Both the position numbers and the translations under genes were made by a program. DNA of 64,000 bases from Eledone cirrhosa (lineage: Eukaryota). Of the stretch, positions 18,081-35,982 are shown piece by piece. The notes beneath the pieces are model-generated. The model made no database searches, had not been told where the DNA came from, and saw nothing but the letters and a program-made list of their open reading frames with translations. The first letter of the stretch is position 1, and every line of letters starts with the position of its first letter. Location of the stretch: contig OZ024743.1 in the NCBI GenBank assembly GCA_964016885.1, positions 166,780,001 to 166,844,000 of the forward strand, written 5' to 3'.

Positions 18081-18655
18081 GTAGATAGATATGTTTCTTT
18101 ATTGGCCACAGGGGCACAAATGAAGGATTCAAATACAAGGGGAAGTTTACATTCAATAAAAACGTGTAAAATACTATCACAAATGCAATTTAAAAAACAA
18201 TCGATTTTCCCCAATAAGGGGAGACATTACATATGGGTAATACATACCCCCGAAAAAATGTGCAACCCTTATCTCCAGGAGTACGAAGAGTGAGTAGCCC
18301 TTTTCCTCTTTTTCCTCAACCTACAGGCTGATATAGAGAGAAGGCCCATTCACTCGGGCCATTCTCGCCACTTTCACCCACCTTTCATAAAACTTGCTGG
18401 GGTACAGCACCTCTCCCTTCATCCTGATTCTTCTTCCAAAGTGGTATTTGAAAAAAAAGAACCAGTTGTTGGCCGGAGAGAAAGGTGTCTGACCTCAGCC
18501 CTTTTAACCTCGTCCACCATACAACCTCTTTCACCATAGCTATCACACAGAGGAAAACCGCCTCTCCTTCGTTTTTGAAGGAGGGTGGCGGTTTGATCAT
18601 GATGGTACTCCTCAGAACTTACCACTCCTGGAATTCTATAAGAATCCAACATTCA
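18036..18655 (-). mobile_element. L1/Tx1-like LINE 3' fragment ending in (TATC)n
   Basis: ORF remnant FLCVIAMVKEVVWWTR resembles Tx1/L1 ORF2 C-termini. AATAAA lies just before the (GATA)n tract at 18036-18091. Confidence 0.55.
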
Positions 18656-18882
18656 TAATTTTCAGCAAACAAAGGGAGTGGTAAGCTCTGAGGAGTACCA
18701 ACAGTACGAAACAGAGATCTGTCAGCTTATCTCCCTTTGTTTGCTGAAAAAAGAAATAAGTGACATAGTCACTACTTTAAAACAATAGCGTAAGTCTTCA
18801 AAATGCTTTTAATTAAGCATACAGTGTATTGCAAAATACCCTATATATATATTCATATATATATATATATATATGCGTGTGT

Positions 18883-18977
<95 letters not shown>

Positions 18978-18999
18978 CGTGTGTGTGTGTGTGTGTGTG

Positions 19000-21030
19000 A
19001 GGAGGGAGAAAAGACCCTCAACGCTCACATGATGTGGACCGACATCCTAAAGCTAAGTAGACACACAGCCAACAACTTCCAAGTGTCTAACAACGACATA
19101 CCACCCTTGTATGGGCTCCGCAAAGACCATAAGACAACCAACGACCAGACGACAGGACCACCAACAAGACCTATATGCGGTACGAATATTGCTAGCAACT
19201 ACAGGATCTCCTACTTCCTCTCTATGGTTATACGCCCCATAATTAAGATGTCCCCAGATATATGTGACAGCACAGAGGACCTCCCCAGCAGAATCAATGA
19301 ATGCAACAACAACAAAAACTTAACTAACTGCATAATAGGCACTATGGATGTAGTATCACTGTACCGATCCATTAACATTGATTTTCCTGTGGAAAAATGG
19401 GAGAACAAAGTGGAATTCTGCAACGTCGACACAGATGAACTGGGCCTCCTACTTAGACTTACTTATGACACCGAATACCTCGAAAATCATGACCTTAGCT
19501 GTTTCTGCCCCAGTAGACCTATAAGAGGCAGACCCCCACCATAACCTCAATGGCTAAAACGACTCCCATCGGAAGATGGAATGGATGGACCAAAGCCATA
19601 CGGACACCCAAAAACAATGATCAGCTGAAAACAAATGGTCGCATATGCAATAGGGGCTAGTATTAAAACTACCCTAAAGGGCCATATGTTTAAATTTAAT
19701 GAAAAGATCTATACTCAGAATGAGGGAGCAGCCATTGGCATCAGCATAGCCGCCGATGTTGCCAATCTATTTATGGTATGGTGGGAAAGGAGACTCAAAT
19801 AACTCCTTGAAGAGAGCTCCATAGACCTCGTTATGTACTCTCGTTACGTAGACGATATTAATATAGTAATAAGAACACCCCCACAAGAGAGTATTAATAA
19901 ACATGAATTAGAAAATAGCACAATGGAGAGCATCCAGCAGATAGCTAATTCCATACACCAGAGTATAACTGTAACTGTTGACTACCCTTCCAAACACCCT
20001 AACAATAGACTACCAGTATTAAACACGGAACTCTGGATTAACACTATAGACAAGAGGGCCCAAATTCTCCACTCACACGATGCTAAACCCATGGCCTCCA
20101 CATACCTGATACTCAAAAACTCAGCAATGTCCAATAGTGCTAAGTTTAATATTCTGATCGCAGACTTCGTAAGAGTGATGAAGAAGGTGTCCCGCATGTG
20201 CGACCCAACTGAAATGGAAAGAGACATCCAACATTTCATCAATCGTATGCACTTCTCTGGCTACAACTAATGAGACAGAATCAGAGTATACAAAGGAGCC
20301 ACGGAGAAATATATGACCCTCATAGAAATGGACATAAAAGGAATTTTCCCATTATACAGGAGCAAATCATGGAATAGCTTAGATAGGACTAAACATAAGA
20401 TAGGGAAAGCCACTTCATGGTACGACAACCAGAGATACCACAGTGTCATGTTCGTGGAAGCTACTCCTGGAGGGAAATTAGCTAAGCAATGTAGAAAGGC
20501 CCTGAGAAAGACCTATCTAAAGATTAAAGTGGTAGAAAAACCAGGAACTACCATAAAATCCCTGATCAGCAAAACATACCCCTTTAAGAAAACCCACTGT
20601 ACAAATAAGAAATGTGTTATATGTAAAATGAACCCCCAGATAAATTGTAAAACTAGAAATGTAGTCTATAGCATGAGATGTACAGAGGGTATTTGCAGAA
20701 ACATGACAACGACATACATAGGCGAGACAGCTCGAAGCATAGGAGAAAGAATAGACCAACACTGGGGGGGGGGGGGGGGGGGGGGGCTAAAAGGATGAAA
20801 AAATGGTACAGTACTATATGAACACGCCAGACAAAGAGATGACGGTAACATAGACAACATAGAAATTAAAATAATATCTAAACATAGAAAATGACTCTAC
20901 AGGTAGGCAAATCAGAGAAGCAACATAGATAGAACTAAGAAGACCAAAGTTAAACAGAAAAGAATAAATGGAATAACAACATCCATACCCAAACAAACAA
21001 TACTAACTTAAGGAAAATATGAATAAATAA

Positions 21031-21081
<51 letters not shown>

Positions 21082-21511
21082 AGTACAATAACAACAAACA
21101 CATAAACACAGACTAGTGAACAAAGATAGAATACAAAAACAAAAATACATACACTCAAACGCGAATACACACAGCAAACCTTATACACACACGCAAACGC
21201 ATGCCCAGAGACAGAGACAAGAACAAATAAATACATGAATTAAATAAAAATGGCGTAGACATTACAATACAATGGAAGGGAACATAATAGTACCACTGAT
21301 GATGCTGCAGATGTGCAACGAAAGAACTTTGTTAGACTATATTTATATATTTATATCTGTATTTTTAACCGCTGGTCAATCAATGATAAACATTGATTGC
21401 CAAATAAATTAACTATGGAGATATAAAAGATACAGAAGCGAAAACTAATCAAACAGTGAGTGTGTTCTGTTATTTCTGGCAATATTACAACATATGACCC
21501 TCCCCAAGTAT

Positions 21512-21516
<5 letters not shown>
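19000..21516 (+). mobile_element. Decayed PLE (RT plus Cys linker plus GIY-YIG)
   Basis: LYGLRKDHK, PTRPICG, MDVVSLY, AIGISIA, RYVDDI, LPVLNTELW, CTNKKCVIC, CKTRNVVYSMRC..YIGETARS. Hammerhead-like CTGATGA..GAAA at 21296-21323. Ends at (TA)n. Confidence 0.9.
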
Positions 21517-21564
<48 letters not shown>

Positions 21565-21623
21565 ATGTAGATTTAAAACTGCACTATCCACAAGTGTTTT
21601 TTAGCCTTCATATCATGTTCTCC

Positions 21624-21694
21624 TGTTTTATCTGATGAAAACACAAATATTATTGCATGATGATGTTTGTTTTTGAAATGCGCATAATAAAATA
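21624..21694 (+). ncRNA. Structurally intact type I hammerhead ribozyme
   Basis: Stem I TGTTTTAT/ATAAAATA; CTGATGA 21632-21638; 16-position stem II with one mismatch; GAAA 21675-21678; loop-less palindrome ATGCGCAT; predicted cleavage after A21686. Confidence 0.85.
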
Positions 21695-21724
21695 CATGGA
21701 ACTCCTTTAACCATCTTTTGATCT

Positions 21725-23128
<1,404 letters not shown>

Positions 23129-23177
23129 ATATATATTATATATATATTATATATATATTATATATATATATATACAC

Positions 23178-23268
<91 letters not shown>

Positions 23269-23275
23269 TATATAT

Positions 23276-25130
23276 ATCATCATCATAATCATCACCGTTT
23301 TACATTCGTTCTTCCTCGTTAGCATGGGTTAGACTGGTTGTCCTGTTGTGGGCAGTAGCCGGTCGGCTGACCATGCCTTGCTGATACGGGAATTGATTCT
23401 GGCTTGATTTCTACAGATGGATGCCCTTCATAATACGAACCTCATTTACAGTGAGTGCTGGGTGCTTTTTTCCGTGGCGCCTAGACGTCGAATTTACAGT
23501 GTGGGCTGGGTTCTTTTTTGCCGTGGCACCTCCACGACCATTTTGCAGTTCAAGGGTGTGGGGGCATATTGTTTATATGCTTCAGCTTCGGCTTGTACCC
23601 GTGGGGGTGGGGGTGGGGGGTCTTCTGTATTACTGCGTGACCCCAGAGGTCACGGTCGTGTGTCATCGCCTTTGAGAGGTGTAATTGGGTAAAGTCGGTT
23701 TTTATCACCACATACCAGGTCTTCTTGGGTCTCCCCACTTCGCGGCTTCCATCGACTACTAGTGCTCTGCACCTTTTTATGCAGCTGTTATCCTTCATAC
23801 GCATCACATATCCATACCAACACAACAGCCTCTCCTGAACACAGCATTTTATTACTCTTATGCTCAGTCTCTCTCTCAATTCTTTTATGCTTTTCCGTTC
23901 ACGTACGTATATTACTATTACACGTCCATCGGAGCATGCAGGCTTCGTTTCTCTCTAATCTACGTAAGTTTTCCACCTTCAGCGCCCAGGTCTCACTACC
24001 ATGCAGCATTGCTGTTCGGATACACGCATCATACAGTCTGCCTTTCATTTTGAGGGAAAAGCCTTTTGCAGCTAGCAGTGGTAGTAGTTCCCTAAACTTC
24101 TTCCATCCCGTTCTTACCCTAGTTATTGTACTTTCTGAACACCCACCTCCGCTGCTAATTCGGTCACCTAGGTAGCAGAAGCTGTCTACTGTTTCTACAG
24201 AGCCCTCCCAGAGTTTGGTCGTGCTTGTTTCCTATGGCTGTTTGCTGCTTGCTGTCCCAGCACAGCTGCTGCATGTGAAGCCTACATTCTTAGTTAAGCT
24301 TCCTGAGATCCCGCTACATCTCTTGTGTACCCATTGTTTGCATTTGGGACAGAGAATGGAGTTCCTACCTACACCTTTCCTACACACTGAGCAAGGCCAT
24401 TTCCATGAGGGGATCTGGGTTCTGTTTTCTCGTCTACTTACAAGGACCTTAGTCTTTGTCAGGTTGACTTTGAGACCCTTTCTTTCTAGTCCCTGCTTCC
24501 ATGTTTGGAATTTCTTCTCTAGTTCCACCATAGATTCAGCTATAAGTGCGAGGTCATCAGCATACAGGAGTTCCCATGGGCATACGGTCTTAAACTCCTC
24601 CGTTATTGCCTGCAAAACTATGAATAGGAGAAGGCTAAAAACAGAGCCCTGGTGGACACCGACCTGTATGCTAAATTCCTCGTTATAGTCATTGCTAACC
24701 CTAACTTTGCTGACTGTTCCTCTATCCATGGCATGTACAGCTTTGACAAGCCATTCATCTACTCCTAGTTTTCTAAGAGCCCACCAGATTATAGCACGGG
24801 CAACTCTGTCAAAGGCTTTCTCGAGATCGACGAATGCTAGGTAGAGTGGCTTACTTTTAGCTAGGTATTTTTCCTGTAACTGCCTCACAAGGAAGGGGGC
24901 ATCAGTGGTGCCTTTTCCTGGCACAAACCCAAATTGCATCTCATCTAGTTTCACCCGGTCCCTAATCAACTGTGCTATAACTCTTTCTGTTACTTTCATG
25001 ACCTGGTCCATCAGCTTTATACCTCTATAGTTTCCTCTATCTAGTGCATCACCTTTAGCTTTGTAGCAGTTGACAATGATGCTACTGCACCAATCCTTTG
25101 GTATGCCACCTTCTAGTATTATCTGGTTAA
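23276..25130 (-). mobile_element. RTE-clade LINE, 5'-truncated, with 3' UTR and (GAT)n tail
   Basis: QFGFVPGKGTTDA, FVDLEKAFDRV, GVHQGS, LLYADDL, GLKVNLTKT, PHD-like C4HC3, GRPKKTW. Confidence 0.93.
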
Positions 25131-25213
25131 CGTGTGGTTATGGTGTGACCATTATATATATATATATATGTATATAACGAAGGAAATGTGGTTCCTTACC
25201 ACATTTCCTTCGT

Positions 25214-25325
<112 letters not shown>

Positions 25326-25743
25326 ACGAAGGAAATGTGGTAAGGAACCAGGTGGACCATAACGCACCAAAGTACTCAATACTTAGGGTAGTAGTCCAGA
25401 ATTAGCCGTCGAAACGGCTTGAGCTCAGCCGTCGGGGTCTTACTTGTTCCTATATATATATATATATATATAAAATATATAGATTTACATATACATAAAC
25501 TAGACAGAGCCATAGATATATATATGTGTGTTTTTGGCAACCATTCACGGTGTGGCTCAATGACGAATTAATTAATTAAATAATCAACAATCAGAGCAAT
25601 ATATAAGAAAGTAAGTTCATAGAATCATTTGATAAAATATCTACAGTATTTCCCCTCCCAGTCAGCATAATTAACCACACAAAAAATCAATTAAACAAGG
25701 CTATAAGTTTAAAAAGCACCTATGAAGAAACAATAGATAAATA

Positions 25744-26025
25744 AATGATAGCTATTTTATCCGCGATCAACAGCCACAGAAGATTTACCTAGTATTTCTA
25801 ATAGCCCGTAGAAAGCGATTAGATATATAGACAACCATACACAATTAGGTACAAAATCAAAGTTAGAAGAAAAAATGTATATAAGCATACCAAAATTTTC
25901 TTCTAACTTTGATTTTGTACTTAATTGTGTATGGTTGGCTATATATCTAATCGATTTCTACGGGCTATTAGAAATACTGGGTAAATCTTCTGTGGCTGTT
26001 GATCGCAGATAAAATAGCTATCATT
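25744..26025. repeat. Palindrome with about 130 bp arms and a 22 nt spacer
   Basis: 25744-25873 is the reverse complement of 25896-26025 with few mismatches. Confidence 0.95.
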
Positions 26026-27918
26026 AACGAAAAGTGTTGACTATTTCTATAGAACCATCTGGGCAGTAGAAGGAGCTAGTATCCTGTGAGAACCTGCTAC
26101 TTATTGCACCTGAGCATCGGCCACATGTAAAATCTACGTTCTTAGATAGCTTGCTTGTGATGCCACTACATCTTTTATGTACCCATAGTGTGCATTTGGG
26201 ACATAAAATAGAATTTCTACCAATTCCTTTCCTACACACTGAGCATGGCCATTTCCCTGAGGGCACCTGTGCCCTATTTTCCTTTCTACAAACTAGAACT
26301 TTAGTCTTAGACAAGTTAACTTTAAGGCCTTTTGATTCTAGGGCATTCTTCCATGTTTGGAATTTCTTCTCTATTTCGGCCGTAGATTCAGCTATGAGAG
26401 TTAGATCATCTGCGTAGAGAAATTCCCATGGTCTTGAACTCCTCTGTTATAGCCTGAAGGGCAATAATAAACAGGAGGAGGCTAAGGACAGAGCCTTGAT
26501 GAACACCAACTTTTACGCTAAATTCTTCACTATATTCATTGTTAATTCTAACCTTACTGACTGTATCTTTATACATGGCTTGTATAGCTCTCACAAGCCA
26601 TTCATCTACACCTAGTTTTCTAAGGGCCTGCCAGATAATGGAGCCGAGGACTCTGTCAAAGGCTTTCTCCAAGTCAACAAAAGCTAAGTAGAGTGGTACT
26701 TCTAGGTACTTCTCCTGTAGTTGTCGTACAAGGAAAAGAACTTCCGTGGTACTTTTACCTGACACAAACCCAAACTGCTTTTCATCTAGATCAATTTGAT
26801 ATCTGATTAGTTGTGCTATAACTCTTTCTGTGACCTTCATGACCTGGTCAACTAACTTAATGCCTCTATAGTTTCCCCTATCTAGAGCATCTCCTTTACC
26901 CTTGTAGCTTTAACCATGATGCTGCTATGCTAGTTATTTGGTATGACCCCATTCTGTATTACTTGATTTACTATCCGGGTGACTATAGTATGTCCCACCA
27001 TTCCAGATGCCTTCAAAATCTCAGCAACTGTCTCCGAATGCCCAGCTGCCTTGCCTGTCTTCATATCTTTGATTGCCTTACTTATTATATTACCATTAAC
27101 TTGCACAGCTGGTCCCTCTACTGGATCGATCTTTTTCCCATTTATTCTCCTCATTTAGTAGTCTCTCGTAGTGACACTTCCAAGCTAACTTCTTATCAGC
27201 ATCAGTGAGGGCAAGTACACCATCATCATTACGGACACAATTCTCCCTGACAATATCACGGTTTTCCTTGACACATTGTCTTGCGATTCTGAACTCCTCC
27301 CGTTTTTGGTCCTCGCGTTGTAGAACATGCTTTAACTGCTTCCCTTCTTGCAAGGTACACTTGTCTCCTAGCTTCTTTCCTGGCTACTTGATAGTGTTGA
27401 CTACTTCCCCCATCCTGCCATACTTTCCAAGGCTGCTTTTTGGCCTTGATTGTCTCATCCACCTTACTGTTCCACCACTCTCCTCCTGCCTATAGGTCTG
27501 ATCCTGCCACTTACTGTCAAAAGCATCAAGTAATATGCTTTTAAATTTGTTACTGGTTGTGGGGTTCTTCAACTTCCGTATTCTTTTCCTCAAAGTAGTC
27601 CTCGAGTACGTCTAGTCCTGACTATCAGGTCACTAACTATTAGGCTATGTTAAGAGGTGCATTTTTCACGAGGGAGGGACTTAGTGTTTACAACAGACAC
27701 TTTGTCACGTCTTCTAGTAAGGATATAACCTATCTGGCTGGCGTGTTCCCCTGATCTAGAGGTGATCAAGTAATTATTTCGTTTTTTGAAGTTTGTGTTA
27801 CAGATAGATAGGTTATTAGCGTCACAGAATTCCGGGATTCTGAAGCCTTCCTCATTTCTAGTACTAAACCAATAGCCTCTATGGATTCCATCATAGCCAT
27901 CACTATGTTTTCCAGGAT
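26026..27918 (-). mobile_element. RTE-clade LINE internal fragment (APE end, RT, PHD finger)
   Basis: SQIGYILTR (IDY motif), WKCHYERLLN, FVDLEKAFD, GVHQGSVLS, WPCSVC..WVHKRC..TCGRC. Confidence 0.9.
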
Positions 27919-27925
27919 TCTAAAG

Positions 27926-31717
<3,792 letters not shown>

Positions 31718-32617
31718 ATCTGGTTATTACTCACCAGCTGAGTGTTTATAATAAACTGAAAGTGAAATATAACAAGTGCGTGTTTTTTATTGGCAGCATG
31801 ACCCTCCCAAAGTATAACAATAACTGTTTCAACACACGTTTCAGAGAAGAAGTCTTGCAAAACAAATACAAAAAACGAAATATATATATATATTATCTGC
31901 TGATTTTACGTGATTTTCTGAACAATGCAGTAGTAAAATCTGCATTTGGAAGGAAACACACCCAACGCTCTACAGTAAAACTAAATGTGTGCACTCTGAA
32001 GAGGTGATTGCAGCTGCAAAACTGCAATTCACTAGATTTGTTGAGTGAGCTAGATGCTGACCGATGGATGCTGTATTTATACCAGCGATCATCGTTAATA
32101 GTGTTATATATACATAGCAATAATAAATACAAAGACCAAAATCCGAAGAGGGATACAGCAAAGACCTAAACATACTGATGAAGAGAATCATGATCTTAAT
32201 GATGTTTACCAAAATCGATAATTGGTGATCGATACTAATCACTGTAATCGATGGTGAGCATTCTATTTCTCTGATTTTTAGAAACAGGCTTGTCGATTTA
32301 AGAACAACATAATCTTTATATATGTATTAGCACCATTCTAACACCTAAGGGTATGTTTTTACATTTGTATTTAAATCTACATATGTACAAAATACTAGTT
32401 TGTTTCTCAATTGATATATACACATACATAACGTTTACAAATATATTATTATTATACTTCTGAACAGAAGTTTATTGAACTTTTGATTGAGAAACATTAT
32501 CGATATAAATTAACCTTTATCTCTCTCTATATATACAATTCTTTGTTTCTGTTTGTCTGTCTTTTCCTTATGCATTCCCAAATGGCTCGACCAAATCAAA
32601 TCAAATTTTATAAGGTA

Positions 32618-33474
32618 CTAGCAGTAAAGCCCGGCATTGCTCGGGGTCGCTCAGTAGCTGTGTTAAAGTTACAATGTTAAGTTTCTTTCTTGGCTTAAAA
32701 ACTGTAGTGTCTACTGTGCAGACTTGCATGTGGTGTTTTTGATTGATATTCCCTCAACCAACAATATGCCTTATGAAGTTAAGAAAACATAACGATAACC
32801 CGAATGTTATAACAAAAGAGGATGCTGGGGATAGAAACTGCACTGGTTATTTATTAACAAAGATCGAAAATGTAAACACTGCAACGCAGAGAAAAACATT
32901 AGCGTAACCAAATTATCAGTTATGTCTGTCTGCACGCCTATATCACCTCTCTGCACGACTGTCTGTCTGCACGCCTATATCACCTCTCTGCACGACTTCT
33001 GTCTGCACGCCTATATCACCTCTCTGCACGACTGTCTGTCTGCACGCCTAACGACGAAATATTTGCTTGTTTTACGTAGTCTTTAAATAGACTTGTTTTC
33101 AAGTAAAAATATTGTTTTAAAATGCTTTTAAATGGAAATGAAGCAAAACGGAAGCTTAGTGTTCGAACTGATGAATTTTGCAGGTCAATATTTTGCTGGC
33201 TCGACAACTGTTAAAGCCAGCGTAATTTTTTACGTAAGACGCTCAATGTAAACAGAACAAAGGGAAATAACTGATAACTTACGCTCAAAAATCGATACAT
33301 TATATTCGATTTCGTCACATAGAGTGGGTCAATTTGAAATTTTTTTTTTTCGATGTCTTCGCTAGGGCTCAATGTACAAGTTTAGCAATTTCGGTGCAAT
33401 TCCGTGAGAGATTCTAAGAGATGTGTGCCAAAAATCGATAGACAGACAGACAACCACAGTTTTATATATATAGA
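32618..33474 (-). mobile_element. Non-autonomous Helitron nested in the outer Helitron
   Basis: Minus strand: 5' TCTATATATATAAAACTG, 3' CCCGAGCAATGCCGGG hairpin and CTAG. Inserted between A32617 and T33475 without TSD. Confidence 0.85.
32923..33049. repeat. About 37-bp minisatellite, about 3.4 copies
   Basis: Unit TGTCTGTCTGCACGCCTATATCACCTCTCTGCACGAC. Confidence 0.9.
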
Positions 33475-34849
33475 TTAGACCCTGGGAGTGTTAACATAAG
33501 ATTTTTGATTTCATTTGGATTAAAACAATATAACACTTTCCCTAAATAATCTACTATAGACAACTAAGTAAACGGATATTTTATAACACGACGACGACGT
33601 CACATTTTGTGTGTATGTGTCTGTGAGTGTGTGTGTTTGTGCGTTCCTTACGTACGTTAGGCCTTAGTAAGTTACATACACTCACATCTTCACGTAAATA
33701 TTTAATCAGACACATAGAGAATGTATGTCTGTCTTAGTATATGTGTGTGAGTGCATGTGAGAGTGTATATGTGTGTGTGAATATACATATATTTCTGTGA
33801 TGACTGATATAACGAAACGCTGATGGTGAAACTCTATGTGTGTGTCTGTATGAATGTGTCTCTGTGTGTGTTTTTTATAAGTGTATGTTTGTGTGAGTGT
33901 AGTATGTTTGTGTGTGTCTGTCATAGTATATGTGTGTGAGTGTATGAAAGTGTATGTGTGTGTGTGAGTATACATACATTTCTGTGACGACTGACATAAC
34001 GAAACGCTAGGGGTGAAACTCTATGTGTGTGTGTTTTTTTATAATTGTATGCTTGTGTGAGTGTAGTATGTCTGTGTGTGTGTGAGTATACATACATTTA
34101 TGTTTGTGAGAGTGTATGTGTGTTTGTTAGTTTATATTTATATTCTCATACATAGAACGCTATCTATCTAATAATTATTGTCGCAGTTGCAAGGTAGAAC
34201 ATTTACCATTAAATTAGCAGTTAGACATTTACCATTAAATTAGCAGTTAATAAATTTGCTTATATTTGGTTAATTTACACCTCATACAAGAATAGAGATT
34301 AATATATATTTCTTTTGGATGTTGATACTTATTTGTTTACAATATTGAAAAAGAAAATGTCTTTATTCCAAAAATTGCTCTCATACCCACAGATGTTCCA
34401 TTTGAATTTAAGAGGCTTCAATTTCCAGCCAAACTAAGTTTTGTTATTTCAATTAACAAATCTCAGGGTCAATCCCTCAAGGTAGTTGGACTTGATCTCT
34501 CTATGACATGTTTCTCCCACGGTCAACTCTATGTTGGTTGCTCACGAGTTGGAAGCAGCAACAATTTATTCATTTGGAAACCAACAAAAAATTACATAAT
34601 GAATATTGTTTACCCTGAGGTGCTTCAAGATTGACAAATTTTCATTTCTAAATTCTATTATTATTACAATTTTGCTATATTTTTAATAAAATATAGATAT
34701 TTTGAAATAATTATGAGAAAAAAAATATATTTTCATATTTATTGTTTACTAATCTGAATAAGAACAGCAGTAACCCGGGCAACGCTGGGTCATTCAGTTA
34801 GTATATATATATATATTATTCATGAAAATCTTCTCTACAAGTGTCATAT

Positions 34850-35446
34850 AATACATATCTCTTAAGCCCCTTTCGATTCCCATAGCCACTCACCAACATA
34901 GCACAGTCCAATGAAAAAGGAGAGCACCACCTTGGAAACCTAACTACATCACCTACACACCTCCACACACCAAATATCCCTGACTGGAAAATAATATTCA
35001 TAATAAACAAGGTCACGATGGAAACTCCCAGGCCTCACGGCATTCAACACCTGAATTGAGGGTCCACTCTTGTTCCTCGTCATAGCTTTGCCACCCAGTA
35101 CCAGGCTCACACAATGTGGTTTCATATTGAGAAGAGTTTGTTGCATGGAGCTTGCCTCCAAAACTGGGGTGCCACTAGTCCCAGGCTCACACAATGTGGT
35201 TTCGTATTGAGAAGGATTTATTATGTGGCGCTTGCCAGGCTCCGAAAGTGTGGATCTGCTGTGAGAAGGGTTCGGCACGGCCAACTGACCTGTCCCCCCT
35301 CATAGTGGAGTCCCACATGGTTTCATATTGAAAAGGGTTTTCAATGGAGCAAGGTACAACATCGCCAACCCTGGCCAGACTTGCCTCCTGGCCTGTATAA
35401 CCCGTCTAACATATGCAAGAGTGGAAAAATGGACGTTAAACAGTGA

Positions 35447-35450
<4 letters not shown>
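34850..35450 (+). mobile_element. RTE-type 3' UTR and tail with internal repeats
   Basis: Ends AACCCGTCTAAC..ATGCAAG..TGGACGTTAAAC..GATGAT. Three copies of CA(A)TGTGGTTTC(A/G)TATTGA-like units. 5' limit uncertain. Confidence 0.6.
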
Positions 35451-35537
<87 letters not shown>

Positions 35538-35699
35538 AAGTTATATTTAAAATTGTTGGGTTACAACTAGTAAATATTTATAACTGATATAAAAGCACTC
35601 GACAAATATTTGGAGTATATTTACAATATTAAATAAATGGAAAACTATATTTATAAAACCATATTTATTTCATTATATATATTTCGGGGATATCATATT

Positions 35700-35739
<40 letters not shown>

Positions 35740-35742
<3 letters not shown>

Positions 35743-35982
35743 CTGAGAGAGAAAACTGGGCATCAGAGGGATCAGATGCAGTGTGCGGAAAAGGAGATGC
35801 ATATGAAGGATGACAGCAGTATAAAAAGGTGCAGAGGGCTCAAAGTTGATGGAAGCTATAGAGTAGGAAGACCTAGGAAGACTGGGGGTGAGTTGATAAA
35901 GGTTGACCTTGCACAATTGCACCTCTCAAAGGCGATGATACAGGACTGAGGTCTCTGGCATTATGCAGTAATACAGAAGACT
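35740..35982 (+). mobile_element. RTE ORF2 C-terminal fragment
   Basis: Homologous to GRPRKTW..DLAQLHLSKAM in the other RTE copies. Confidence 0.75.

Larger units (their letters stand above)
32520..34801 (+). mobile_element. Non-autonomous Helitron with Pif1-helicase C-terminal remnant
   Basis: 5' A|TCTCTCTCTATATATA. About 34360-34570 encodes FKRLQFP..ISINKSQGQSL..CFSHGQLYVGCSRV. 3' hairpin CCCGGGCAACGCTGGG, then TTAG|T (CTAG-like). Confidence 0.8.

Noticed and set aside
25395-25440. GC-rich hairpins (GCCGTCGAAACGGC) as a possible hammerhead
   Set aside because: No CUGANGA and GAAA in the right order on either strand without invoking a micro-inversion
32175-32276. SECIS element or selenocysteine recoding as in Naiad PLEs
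   Set aside because: The spacing between the GA motifs is far too long for a SECIS, the PLEs here have C-terminal endonucleases, and no pattern of in-frame TGA at Cys positions was seen
32923-33049. Regular repeats resembling a CRISPR array
   Set aside because: Head-to-tail units without unique spacers, no cas genes, eukaryotic context
34360-34570. Host PIF1 helicase exon
   Set aside because: It lies just upstream of a Helitron 3' hairpin and terminus and is better explained as a RepHel remnant
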